Below are positions 9,170 through 17,148 of a DNA stretch of 25,913 nt, in pieces. The DNA comes from a virus (lineage: Duplodnaviria > Caudoviricetes): positions 1-25,913 of the IMG/VR virus record IMGVR_UViG_3300036778_000095. One strand, written 5' to 3'. A program made the position numbers and the translations under genes. Numbering within the stretch: position 1 is the first letter of the stretch; every line of letters starts with the position of its first letter. The notes below the pieces were generated by a model. It was not told the origin of the DNA. It worked only from the letters and a program-made list of their open reading frames with translations, and did not search any database.

Positions 9170-9204
9170 TGGTGGAGCTGGCGGGAGTTGAACCCGCATC
9201 CGAA
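9170..9204 (-). other. Duplicated 3' end of tmRNA (ssrA): att site between the island and the prophage
   Basis: Minus strand TTCGGATGCGGGTTCAACTCCCGCCAGCTCCACCA matches the enterobacterial ssrA T-arm/acceptor end including CCA. The sequence upstream of it is an AT-rich ORF, not the rest of tmRNA. Confidence 0.9.
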
Positions 9205-9213
9205 TGCAATTAA

Positions 9214-10020
9214 CTATCTGTTTTTATTGAAATCATGCTCGTTCATAAAATCTGCGTAGCTTTTACGGATCTTTGTCAGTCCTGTCATAGTCAATCTATG
9301 ATGTTTCTTTGTGAACGTAATTTGACCAAACATTGTCGTATTCCCACCATCACATTGAGAGTAGTGATAAGAGGTTTTGACTTCATATTCATGATTATAC
9401 TGCACCCCACCGATATCTAGATATTTTATATGGAGTGTTATTATTGATGTGGATTTTTGCATTGTTGATAAAAATTTTAATGAATATATTAATAATGCAC
9501 AGTTAAGAGAGAAGTAGGTATGTGGTATTATAACATGGACTGGGTTTTTAATTTGATTATAGGGAAGTACATAATCTATCTTATCACTATTGTTTTCGCG
9601 GCTGTAGCTATATCTATCAAAATCATTTGTTGGTACATCTAAACTAATCGCATTATTGTACACCGTTAATTTTTTGCCTTTCGCTTCTTTATTAAAAGCT
9701 TCATTCAATAGAGTGGCTAATTTCTTGGAATCATACTCCCAATTAATCGACAAATCGACAGCCGTGCCTAATCCAATATTAACTAAACAATCAGTTTTGT
9801 GTGGAATTGTATTGTCAGTATCAAGAAAGATTATTTTGTTAAATATATCTGTTTTTACAGTGCTTATCTGATATTTGAATGATAGCGGTTTGAGAATAAT
9901 CTGCGGTTTATATGCCAGCTTACGTTGTAGGCTTGACTGCCACACTACTAAACATGCTGCTATTGCAGAAAAAAATGCAGCTATACAAGCACCCAACGCT
10001 ATCCATCTGTCAATAGTCAT
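9214..10020 (-). CDS. Hypothetical AT-rich moron protein with an N-terminal transmembrane helix
   Basis: 268-aa ORF with hydrophobic N-terminus (WIALGACIAAFFSAIAACLVVW) and strong GAGGAGG RBS. Located between att and the phage integrase. Confidence 0.75.
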   Translation of the reverse strand: MTIDRWIALGACIAAFFSAIAACLVVWQSSLQRKLAYKPQIILKPLSFKYQISTVKTDIFNKIIFLDTDNTIPHKTDCLVNIGLGTAVDLSINWEYDSKKLATLLNEAFNKEAKGKKLTVYNNAISLDVPTNDFDRYSYSRENNSDKIDYVLPYNQIKNPVHVIIPHTYFSLNCALLIYSLKFLSTMQKSTSIITLHIKYLDIGGVQYNHEYEVKTSYHYSQCDGGNTTMFGQITFTKKHHRLTMTGLTKIRKSYADFMNEHDFNKNR

Positions 10021-10023
10021 TCG

Positions 10024-10050
10024 AAAAAACCTCCTCTCTTGCCGAGGAGG
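10024..10050 (-). terminator. Terminator-like hairpin after the prophage integrase
   Basis: Minus strand CCTCCTC-GGCAAGA-GAGGAGG-TTTTTT. Confidence 0.7.
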
Positions 10051-10059
10051 AATTATTCT

Positions 10060-11235
10060 TTAAACTGACTTACATTTCAATGTGTTAATTGATGTTTTGT
10101 TATCATATTCTTTAAGATAGGCCCCATAATGTCGAAAGAGCATCTCAGGCCCCTTGTGCCCCATTTGACCCGCTAACCAGAATAAGTTTACTCCTTGACT
10201 AATATGCCTGGTCGCGAATGTGTGTCTTGTTTGATATGGGTTTCGGTATCTGATGCCTGTTTTTCGTAGCGTTGGCACCCACGCTTTTTTCCTGATGGCA
10301 TCCGCGCTTGCCCATGGTTTGTTTGTCTTCGGATCCTCAAAGACGCAACCATCCTTCATGAAGCTGAATGGCTTTTGAGCGTTGAGCGCGATCATTGCCT
10401 CTTCAGTTAACTCTACCTTGCGCGTACCCGCCTTTGTTTTCGTCCCTTTCGTCACGCCTGACACGCTGGCATTTTGTACATGTGCCGTCTTCTCAACGAA
10501 ATCAATATCCCTCCAACGGAGCGCACATAGTTCTGAGCTGCGTAGCCCTGTCTGGATCGCAAACCTGAATAAGTTCTCCCACTGTTTATTGCCTGTTGAG
10601 CTTAACAGCGCTCCCACCTCAGCCGGTGACAGCGGATCGACAATATAACTACTTTCTGCCTCGCTTTTATTGCTTTGATATCTCGATGCCGTAACCAGTG
10701 AAACGGGATTAATTTGAAGCACTCCATCAGTTACAGCTTCATCCAGCGACGATCGCAGAAAGGAAAGCTGGTTTCTGATGGTTTTAAGTGTTGTTTTCTG
10801 GCTTTGGATCCACTGCTTTAATACTGCGGGTGTTAACTCACTGGCCGGAAGAATATGCAGAGAGGCTAATGCGCTTCGGCATTTTTTATACCCGCCAATG
10901 GTGGAGGGTGAAAGACTCCTCGTTTCGCAGATCTTCAGGTATTCATCGAGATACATTTTCACTGTTTTCCCGGTCGCAGCATTGCCGAAAATTTTCAGCC
11001 GCGCCGATCGAGGGAAATACTCAGCATAGATAAATGTTCCACGCTCTATTTTATTGTGGATTTCGCCGAGCGTGCGCTCGGCATATTTAACGTTTTTATT
11101 GTTCACTTCAAGATTTGAAAGGGGTTCCCTGCATTTCACCCCTTTGTATGTGAACGTTATATTGATGGTTTCGCCGCTGCTGTGTTTCCTGACGGTCACG
11201 CCGCGTGGGAGTTTAGGCGATTCTGTCGAGCCCAT
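10060..11235 (-). CDS. int: Lambdoid prophage tyrosine integrase (Arm-DNA-bind/DUF3596-type N-terminus)
   Basis: LPRGV...INITFTYKGVKCRE..YAEYFP N-terminus, then TGLRSSEL, YQTRHTFAT and QMGH...HY catalytic motifs. Confidence 0.93.
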   Translation of the reverse strand: MGSTESPKLPRGVTVRKHSSGETINITFTYKGVKCREPLSNLEVNNKNVKYAERTLGEIHNKIERGTFIYAEYFPRSARLKIFGNAATGKTVKMYLDEYLKICETRSLSPSTIGGYKKCRSALASLHILPASELTPAVLKQWIQSQKTTLKTIRNQLSFLRSSLDEAVTDGVLQINPVSLVTASRYQSNKSEAESSYIVDPLSPAEVGALLSSTGNKQWENLFRFAIQTGLRSSELCALRWRDIDFVEKTAHVQNASVSGVTKGTKTKAGTRKVELTEEAMIALNAQKPFSFMKDGCVFEDPKTNKPWASADAIRKKAWVPTLRKTGIRYRNPYQTRHTFATRHISQGVNLFWLAGQMGHKGPEMLFRHYGAYLKEYDNKTSINTLKCKSV

Positions 11236-11402
11236 TTTGCAACCTCACTAAGATCTATCCATCTCTCCTTAACGCCTTCGACTTTCAGCACCTGAACACC
11301 TTCACGCCACACACCACGCTGTACACGCTTGTTGATCGCATCAGGAGTTTCGCCTGTCTCTTTGCAATAAGTTGAGATGGGAACACAATCGAGGCTCAGC
11401 AT
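11196..11402 (-). CDS. xis: Excisionase (68 aa)
   Basis: MLSLDCVPISTYCKETGETPDAINKRVQRGVWREG... small winged-HTH protein overlapping the int start. GGAG RBS upstream of ATG 11402. Confidence 0.8.
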   Translation of the reverse strand: MLSLDCVPISTYCKETGETPDAINKRVQRGVWREGVQVLKVEGVKERWIDLSEVAKWARQNRLNSHAA

Positions 11403-11440
11403 AAATTTCTCCAAACCGGCTGCACCCGGTAGTAAATTCA

Positions 11441-11986
11441 TTAATTAGCTTTTCTTAATCCGAATAACAAAGCTATGGCAATACTTATAATGCCGAGTGC
11501 TAAAACTCCAATAATCCAATAAAACAAGTTCATGAACCGTTCAAGCTGTTTATCTGAGTAATCACTTGCGGCCTTTATCGTAGAGCCAAGAGAATCAATA
11601 TCTTTTTTCATTAGTGGTAGGGCAAGGCTTTTTTCCGGATTTGCGCCCAGAATATCGTTCAAAGCATTAACTTTGGATTCCAGGATGTTTATCTTCGATT
11701 CAAGTGTTTCAATCCTTATATTTTCAGGTGTTAGTGTTGATGTGTTTTTTAAAGCTATTAATGTGCTTTTTAACTGAGTGACTTCATCTTTGTAAGATAC
11801 AATGTCCTTAGCCAGGGCCTCTGTTTTAATATCACTATCTTTGGGCGTTATGACTTTAAAAATAGACTCGGCTCTGTCATTGACATCTAACTTTAATGTG
11901 CTCGTTAAAATTCCCAACGTAATCGACATCACAATTGGTGTTAAAATTGTTAAAGACTTTGCTACCTTGCTACTTGAAAATGACAT
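11441..11986 (-). CDS. Hypothetical membrane protein with two terminal TM helices and a central coiled coil (moron)
   Basis: Hydrophobic stretches at both ends (LTILTPIVMSITLGIL; LFYWIIGVLALGIISIAIALLFGL), heptad-like middle, AT-rich, GAGGG RBS. Confidence 0.75.
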   Translation of the reverse strand: MSFSSSKVAKSLTILTPIVMSITLGILTSTLKLDVNDRAESIFKVITPKDSDIKTEALAKDIVSYKDEVTQLKSTLIALKNTSTLTPENIRIETLESKINILESKVNALNDILGANPEKSLALPLMKKDIDSLGSTIKAASDYSDKQLERFMNLFYWIIGVLALGIISIAIALLFGLRKAN

Positions 11987-12045
11987 GTCACCCTCTTGGT
12001 GTAATGTGTAGAGATTGTTGGGTTAAGTATGCAACAAAATGTTTA

Positions 12046-12322
12046 CTATTCGCAAAGCCCATAACAGGATGAACACACCTCAGTATCGAGGCTCGCCTTA
12101 ATCAGGTCGTAGACCTTTTCACCTCGTCCTGTTTCAGCCCATTCAATCACCTCATCAACTCCTGGCGAGCTCAAGCCACCACGTGGACCGTAGAATCCTG
12201 ACCAGTCGGTATTTTGTACATCAGGGGCGACGCCACAGAGCTGCACATTGCGCTCTAACGGCAAATTAAACTGCTTCATCCAGCGCTGACTAATTTCACC
12301 TACGTTCATTTAGTGCACACAA
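12046..12322 (-). pseudogene. C-terminal remnant of a phage PAPS-reductase-like protein
   Basis: Ends ...VDEVIEWAETGRGEKVYDL....CSSCYGLCE*, a C-terminus I associate with lambdoid PAPS-reductase-family genes. No N-terminal catalytic part, and a TAA lies in frame just before the ATG at 12309. Confidence 0.55.
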
Positions 12323-12346
12323 TTACCGCCGCTGAGTTAGTCTTTA

Positions 12347-12510
12347 TTATGCCTTCTCCCCGCGCAGCAGCTGATTATCAGCCAAGATTGCCGGTTTCTG
12401 TTCTATGACTTCCATCAGAACAACAAAGGTCACATCAAGCCTAGTGGTGACTTCTCGCATAAGGCGTGCTGATGCAGGTGGCAGGTTCGGCGCAGCCTCA
12501 TTTGCGCTAA
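12347..12510 (-). pseudogene. 5'-truncated remnant of a conserved phage early-left protein
   Basis: Manual translation SANEAAPNLPPASARLMREVTTRLDVTFVVLMEVIEQKPAILADNQLLRGEKA*. The frame upstream of this stretch hits a TAA without a start codon. Confidence 0.45.
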
Positions 12511-12625
12511 CGGAGTAGAACGGGCCGCCAGAACAGGGATGTACTTCTTATTGCTTTGGCCTGCTTTTAACCACGTCAGATGTGGTGGTATCTTGGTGCT
12601 CTCACACAGTCAAGAAGGAAACAAC

Positions 12626-12880
12626 ATGCGCGGAGTCGTCGTTCATCATGAGCACCGCATCGGTTATATCGTTATCCGTGACTCCATGGGGGAATTCACG
12701 GTCGCAGAGCTTCTCGGGGGATATGATGTCGAGAAAGGGCACGTCATATCCGGTGATCTCCATTGTCTCGGAGGTGAAACATTTTTTAATGAGACCGAGG
12801 ATGAAGATATTGATGTTTACGTTCAGGGTTTTGGCATGTCTGAACAGCAATCAATTCTTATGATCCGGCGTACTCGCTAA
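12626..12880 (+). CDS. Small hypothetical protein (84 aa), oriented opposite to the pL operon
   Basis: ATG at 12626 with AAGGAA RBS. MRGVVVHHEHRIGYIVIRDSMGEFTVAELLGG..., beta-rich, possibly OB-fold-like. Confidence 0.7.
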   Translation: MRGVVVHHEHRIGYIVIRDSMGEFTVAELLGGYDVEKGHVISGDLHCLGGETFFNETEDEDIDVYVQGFGMSEQQSILMIRRTR

Positions 12881-13052
12881 ACCACTTACGAAACAGAGCA
12901 CAGCTTTTTAACGTTGCGTTGCAGTAATCAACGGATATGACCTGTCCTTTCGCTAATGGCTCTTGGAGTTCTTCGTTAATCTGCAACCCTCGTTTTGCCG
13001 CTTGCTCTAAGCCTGCAATCTTCTCTAATAGCGCTTCTGTACTCTTATCCAC
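12858..13052 (-). CDS. First pL-operon gene, small hypothetical helical protein
   Basis: GTG start at 13052 with GGAGG RBS 6 nt upstream. VDKSTEALLEKIAGLEQAAKRGLQINEEL... Confidence 0.6.
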   Translation of the reverse strand: MDKSTEALLEKIAGLEQAAKRGLQINEELQEPLAKGQVISVDYCNATLKSCALFRKWFSEYAGS

Positions 13053-13149
13053 TGACTGCCTCCATTTCATTCAGGCGAATCATCCGGTTATTCGTATGCC
13101 ACCGGCGGCTACTTCGTGGGCGTCCTGCCTGTTCGCTGTTGATGAAAGA

Positions 13150-13201
13150 AATGTACCTTTAGTTACCTTTGAGGTCAAGTGCTAATGGTACCTTTAGTTA
13201 C
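13150..13201 (-). promoter_or_regulatory. pL promoter and two OL operators
   Basis: Minus strand -35 TTGACC (13173-13178), 17 bp, -10 TACATT (13150-13155). Identical GTACC-TTTA-GTTAC sites at 13153-13166 and 13188-13201. Confidence 0.75.
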
Positions 13202-13211
13202 CGATAGGGAC

Positions 13212-13240
13212 AAAAAATAGCCAAAGAGTACCTTTGGCTA
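13212..13240 (-). terminator. Terminator downstream of cI
   Basis: Minus strand TAGCCAAAG-GTACT-CTTTGGCTA-TTTTTT. Confidence 0.8.
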
Positions 13241-13252
13241 CATATGAAGGGA

Positions 13253-13912
13253 TTAAATATTCTGAGTAATTTGGACGACTTTGCCTACAATTCTGCAATT
13301 GCCGTCTATCTGTATGGGCTTAAAGGCCGGGTTCAGGGGCATGAGATAGGCGAAGGGACTGTCCCATACAAGTTTTTTTACGGTAGCCTCAGCTGACCCT
13401 TCGAGCATAGCAACAACGACCTTTCCATAAAGATCGTCAATTTGCCCGAAGTGAGGCTCAACAATCACTATTGATCCCTCGGGGATTGATGGCAAACCAT
13501 GAGGATTTGTCATTGACTCTCCACGAACTACTAGCCCAAAAACTTCATCAGAAACATCCGCCGTTGTCTGTGTCCAAGAAATCACGTCGGTAAGCCTTGG
13601 ACTTGCACAGGTGTCTGTCCACAAGCCAGCCTGGACTGCTGAAATAATCGGTACTGCTGTTGGCGGCTTGAGGAAGGGGACCACCTTGATATCGTCAACT
13701 TCAGAATCTCCTTTACCATAGAGAATCCATTCCGGGGTTACCTGAAGTGCGACAGCAAGCTGATGTAAGTTTTCACCATCCGGCTTTGTTGTTCCGTTCT
13801 CCCATTTCGTTACAGATACGCGACTAACCCCAAGCTTTTTGGCAAGAGTTTGTTGAGTGATGTCGAGTTGGACTCGACGTGAACGAATTCGGTCTTTCAT
13901 CTCTGTTTTCAT
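13253..13912 (-). CDS. cI: CI-like phage repressor (HTH + S24 autopeptidase)
   Basis: HTH TQQTLAKKLGVSRVSVTKWENG, Ala-Gly cleavage site VQAG, catalytic Ser (GESM) and Lys (TVKKL). Confidence 0.95.
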   Translation of the reverse strand: MKTEMKDRIRSRRVQLDITQQTLAKKLGVSRVSVTKWENGTTKPDGENLHQLAVALQVTPEWILYGKGDSEVDDIKVVPFLKPPTAVPIISAVQAGLWTDTCASPRLTDVISWTQTTADVSDEVFGLVVRGESMTNPHGLPSIPEGSIVIVEPHFGQIDDLYGKVVVAMLEGSAEATVKKLVWDSPFAYLMPLNPAFKPIQIDGNCRIVGKVVQITQNI

Positions 13913-13977
13913 GTAACCAATGTTACCTATTTTGCAGGTAACTGTTGTTTGCTATTTGATGTACCTTTTGTTACCTT
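13913..13977. promoter_or_regulatory. OR region: three operators, pR and pRM
   Basis: GTAAC-CAAT-GTTAC 13913-13926, GTAAC-TGTT-GTTTG 13938-13951, GTACC-TTTT-GTTAC 13961-13974. pR -35 TTGCTA (13949-13954), 17 bp, -10 TACCTT (13972-13977). Confidence 0.75.
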
Positions 13978-14004
13978 TGTTTTATCCAATTACCAGGAGG
14001 AGTC

Positions 14005-14202
14005 ATGCGTAAATCTGAAGTCATAGAGCACTTCGGTGGGGTTGCCAAAACAGCCAATGTCTTAGGCATTTCCCACCCAGCAGTTTGTCGATGGGGAGAA
14101 ATCATTCCAGAAAAACAGGCTTTTGTGATTGAAAGAGTCACCAAAGGAAAACTTAAGTACAACGCGGCTCTGTATCGCAAGAGTAACCAGACAGCCGCTT
14201 AA
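14005..14202 (+). CDS. cro: Cro-like repressor
   Basis: MRKSEVIEHFGGVAKTANVLGISHPAVCRWGEIIPEKQA. Divergent from cI, AGGAG RBS. Confidence 0.92.
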   Translation: MRKSEVIEHFGGVAKTANVLGISHPAVCRWGEIIPEKQAFVIERVTKGKLKYNAALYRKSNQTAA

Positions 14203-14230
14203 TGAAAACCACAGTAAAAAGGGGGAAGCA

Positions 14231-14779
14231 GTGGGTAACGAACCAGAATGGAAAGTAGATAAACAGCCAGCATGGCTCGTGGCTGCAATCAAGAAAACGA
14301 TCACCGAGTTGCCAGGCGGATATGTCGAAGCAGCGGAATGGTTAGGTACCACTGAAAACGCGTTGTTCAACCGCCTGCGCACCGGGGGGGATCAAACTTT
14401 CCCTCTTAACTGGGCGCTTGTTTTGCAGCGTGCTGGTGGTGCTAGTCATATCGCTGATGCGGTTGCTCATCACTCTAACGGTGTTTTTGTGAAGTTGCCG
14501 GAAATTGAGCAGATGGGTAACGAAGAGCTGCTCACCAAATTCAACGATCTGCTGTCAGCTCTGGGGCGCTTTGCTCGTTTTCACAATGAATCAACAGCGG
14601 ATGGTGTTCTTGATCGTGATGAAAGTAAGCAGATGAAAGCGAAGGGCTATCGCGTGCAGGCGTTAGTCGCAGAAATCATGGTCGTGACAGAGATGTTATT
14701 TGGAGAGGGTGACGCCCGCGAGTGTGCAGCTCCGGGCGTCGTGGCAGATAAATCTATGTGTATGGAGAAATCCGCATGA
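14231..14779 (+). CDS. YmfL-family / CII-position regulatory protein
   Basis: GTG start, [44 protein letters not shown], typical of YmfL-like proteins. Follows cro. Confidence 0.8.
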   Translation: MGNEPEWKVDKQPAWLVAAIKKTITELPGGYVEAAEWLGTTENALFNRLRTGGDQTFPLNWALVLQRAGGASHIADAVAHHSNGVFVKLPEIEQMGNEELLTKFNDLLSALGRFARFHNESTADGVLDRDESKQMKAKGYRVQALVAEIMVVTEMLFGEGDARECAAPGVVADKSMCMEKSA

Positions 14780-14973
14780 GCAATTTAACCGCAAATTATC
14801 AGCGTTCGCAACTTCGGGCGTTACCGGTTCATGGTGGTAAAGCTGAGGTTGCGTATTGCTATGCCGTAAGAGTACCCGGTGGGTGGGCGCAGGTGAACCA
14901 CAGCTTTACCGAGTGGGCTGTGGGGGACTTCATTTCACGCGGAGGGCAGAAGAATGACACAGCAGACCAATAA
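14776..14973 (+). CDS. Small hypothetical phage protein
   Basis: ATGA overlap with the previous stop, GGAG RBS, and overlap with the next gene. Confidence 0.5.
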   Translation: MSNLTANYQRSQLRALPVHGGKAEVAYCYAVRVPGGWAQVNHSFTEWAVGDFISRGGQKNDTADQ

Positions 14974-15658
14974 ATTTGCCTCTTCGTCAGTAGCTATTCC
15001 CTTCGTTGCCAGCGCTGTGACGATGAGCAGCCGGGAGATCGCTGCTCTGGTTAAGAGCAAGCATGGTGATGTAAAGCGTTCTGCTGAGCGCCTGAATGCT
15101 GCGGGTATTTTAACCGCGCCGTTGGCGCAGTTCGATTTTGAGCATAACGGCAACGTGTACCAGGAATATCGATTTAATAAACGCGACTCTCTGGTATTGG
15201 TTGCCCGTCTGTCTCCTGAATTTACCGCGGCGGTTGTGGATCGCTGGCAGGAGCTGGAGAACAAGGCGCTAATTCCTCAAACCCTCCCCGAAGCGCTCCG
15301 TCTGGCCGCCGATATGGCAGAGCAGAATGCGCAGCTGTCCTACAAGGTGCAGCAGGACGCGCCAAAGGTGGCGTTTGTTAACCACTACGTAGAAGCCGGC
15401 GGTGCCAAAAGTCTGCGCGAGACGGCGAAAATCCTGAACATGCCTGAGAAAGCAATGATCGACGCACTGGTGCGGGACCGGGTTCTGTTCCGTCAATCTG
15501 GCAATCTGCTACCTCATGCGTTGCGCCAGCGTGAACGCCTGTTCACAGTCAAAACCGGAACGTCTGACTTTGGTCATGCATACACCCAGACTCGTGTAAC
15601 ACCTCGCGGCGTTCAGTGGATTGCCGAGCGTTATGCCTCTGAACTGATGGGAGGCTGA
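14954..15658 (+). CDS. Rha-N / KilAC(ANT)-C antirepressor-like protein
   Basis: [14 protein letters not shown] (Rha-like), [13 protein letters not shown], and PKVAF...[13 protein letters not shown] (KilAC). Confidence 0.85.
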   Translation: MTQQTNKFASSSVAIPFVASAVTMSSREIAALVKSKHGDVKRSAERLNAAGILTAPLAQFDFEHNGNVYQEYRFNKRDSLVLVARLSPEFTAAVVDRWQELENKALIPQTLPEALRLAADMAEQNAQLSYKVQQDAPKVAFVNHYVEAGGAKSLRETAKILNMPEKAMIDALVRDRVLFRQSGNLLPHALRQRERLFTVKTGTSDFGHAYTQTRVTPRGVQWIAERYASELMGG

Positions 15659-15659
15659 T

Positions 15660-15839
15660 ATGGATGAAGTTATTCAGTCCATGGACCGTTACTACCGGGA
15701 TCAGCATGGCATTGTCGTCAACGTTATCGGCTATGACCAGATTGGCCAGCGCGTTATATACCGCAGACCGAACTACGAGTGGGAATGTGTGGCACCGCTG
15801 ATTGTGTTCCGCGCCAGATTTAAGAGGATGGACAAGTGA
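15660..15839 (+). CDS. Small conserved phage protein, DUF4222-like (59 aa, below the ORF-track cutoff)
   Basis: Manual translation MDEVIQSMDRYYRDQHGIVVNVIGYDQIGQRVIYRRPNYEWECVAPLIVFRARFKRMDK*. GGAGG RBS, GTGA overlap with the replication gene. Confidence 0.75.
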   Translation: MDEVIQSMDRYYRDQHGIVVNVIGYDQIGQRVIYRRPNYEWECVAPLIVFRARFKRMDK

Positions 15840-16915
15840 GCGTTAAATTATCCGCCTACGTCTGGGATGGCTGTGCAGCAGCTGGTATCAAAGGTAATAA
15901 GCTGTTGATCATGCTTCGCCTAGCCGATTTCGCCAGTGATGAGGGGATTGCCTATCCGAGCGTGGCAACCATTGCCCGTCAGTTGGGTGCAGGGCGTAGC
16001 ACTGTGATTACTCTTCTCGGAGAGCTGGAGAAGGGTGGCTGGCTGACTAAAAAAGAACGCCGTCAGGGGCAACGCAACACCAGTAATCTTTACACCCTGA
16101 ATGTTGAACGTCTTCGACAGGCTGCGGCCGGGGCCTTTTACCATAGTCCAGATTCTGAACGTCCAAAAGCTGAACGTTCAAAAGTTGAAGGTTCAGATTC
16201 TGAACGTACGGAACCCGTTGAAAATCAGGGTTCTCAGGGTCCGAAAACTGGACACGATCCGTCAGTAAATTCAAAACAAGATCCATCAGGTAAATCTAAA
16301 CCCCCTTGTCCGGTTCCGGCGGAACCAGACCCGGAAGTGGTTATCACCGATCACGCCAAATTAGTTTTGACCCATCTGAACCAGACTACCGGATCACGGT
16401 TTCAGGTCTGTTCGTCGTCACTGGATAACATCCGGGCTCGCTTACGCGAAGAATTCACCCCTGAAGAACTCATGCTGGTTGTGGATTACAAGCATGAGCA
16501 GTGGCGTGATACCAAGGATTACCAGTACATGCGCCCGAAAACGCTGTTTATCCCCGGTAACTTCCCTGGTTATTTGCAGGTTGCAGCCCGCTGGGGGGCA
16601 AGTGGCAAACCGCCAAGGGAGACGTGGGGAGAGAACAAGCGTACGCAGCAAAAGACCCGCGGTGATCTGTCAGGCGTAAGCGACCACGAGCTTTCTGATG
16701 TTCCCGTTGACGTTGAGCACCGTAAAGCGGCCTATGTGCGCTACATGGCGGGAGAGGATGCAGCACCGGGAAACCGCTTGGAGAATGATGCCTGGGTACA
16801 GGCAAACATGATGCGTCTGCGGTCTGATATCGGCATTGATGAGCAGTATCTCTGGAAGAGTTGGGTCTATGTCTGGGCTGGTAGTACCCAGAAGCAGGGG
16901 GAAAAGACAGTATGA
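15836..16915 (+). CDS. Phage replication initiator (O-like; N-terminal wHTH, conserved phage C-terminal domain)
   Basis: KLLIMLRLADFASDEGIAYPSVATIARQLG..RSTV wHTH and HLNQTTGSRF...YMRPKTLFIPGNFPGYL domain. Confidence 0.85.
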   Translation: MSVKLSAYVWDGCAAAGIKGNKLLIMLRLADFASDEGIAYPSVATIARQLGAGRSTVITLLGELEKGGWLTKKERRQGQRNTSNLYTLNVERLRQAAAGAFYHSPDSERPKAERSKVEGSDSERTEPVENQGSQGPKTGHDPSVNSKQDPSGKSKPPCPVPAEPDPEVVITDHAKLVLTHLNQTTGSRFQVCSSSLDNIRARLREEFTPEELMLVVDYKHEQWRDTKDYQYMRPKTLFIPGNFPGYLQVAARWGASGKPPRETWGENKRTQQKTRGDLSGVSDHELSDVPVDVEHRKAAYVRYMAGEDAAPGNRLENDAWVQANMMRLRSDIGIDEQYLWKSWVYVWAGSTQKQGEKTV

Positions 16916-17148
16916 GATACGGATCTGTTTGTAGCGGTATTGAAGCCGCCAGTGTTGCCTGGGGATCTCTTGGCTGGAAACCTGCCTGGTTCTCTGAAAT
17001 AGAACCTTTCCCGTCTGCAGTACTCGCCAATCACTGGCCGGAAGTAGCCAACCTTGGAGACATGACAAAAATTGCGGCCGGTACACCCACCAGCGAGATT
17101 ATTGCTGCGGGCAACGATATGGTTAACAGCATGCAGGTAGTGGCATGA
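16912..17148 (+). pseudogene. Truncated DNA cytosine-C5 methyltransferase fused to an unrelated C-terminal tail
   Basis: MRYGSVCSGIEAASVAW..LGWKPAWFSEIEPFPSAVL..HWPEVANLGDMTKI covers motifs I-III only. The catalytic PCQ motif is absent and the ORF ends after 78 aa. Confidence 0.8.

Noticed and set aside
9170-9204. Complete tRNA or tmRNA gene
   Set aside because: Only the T-arm and 3' acceptor strand are present. The upstream sequence is an unrelated ORF.
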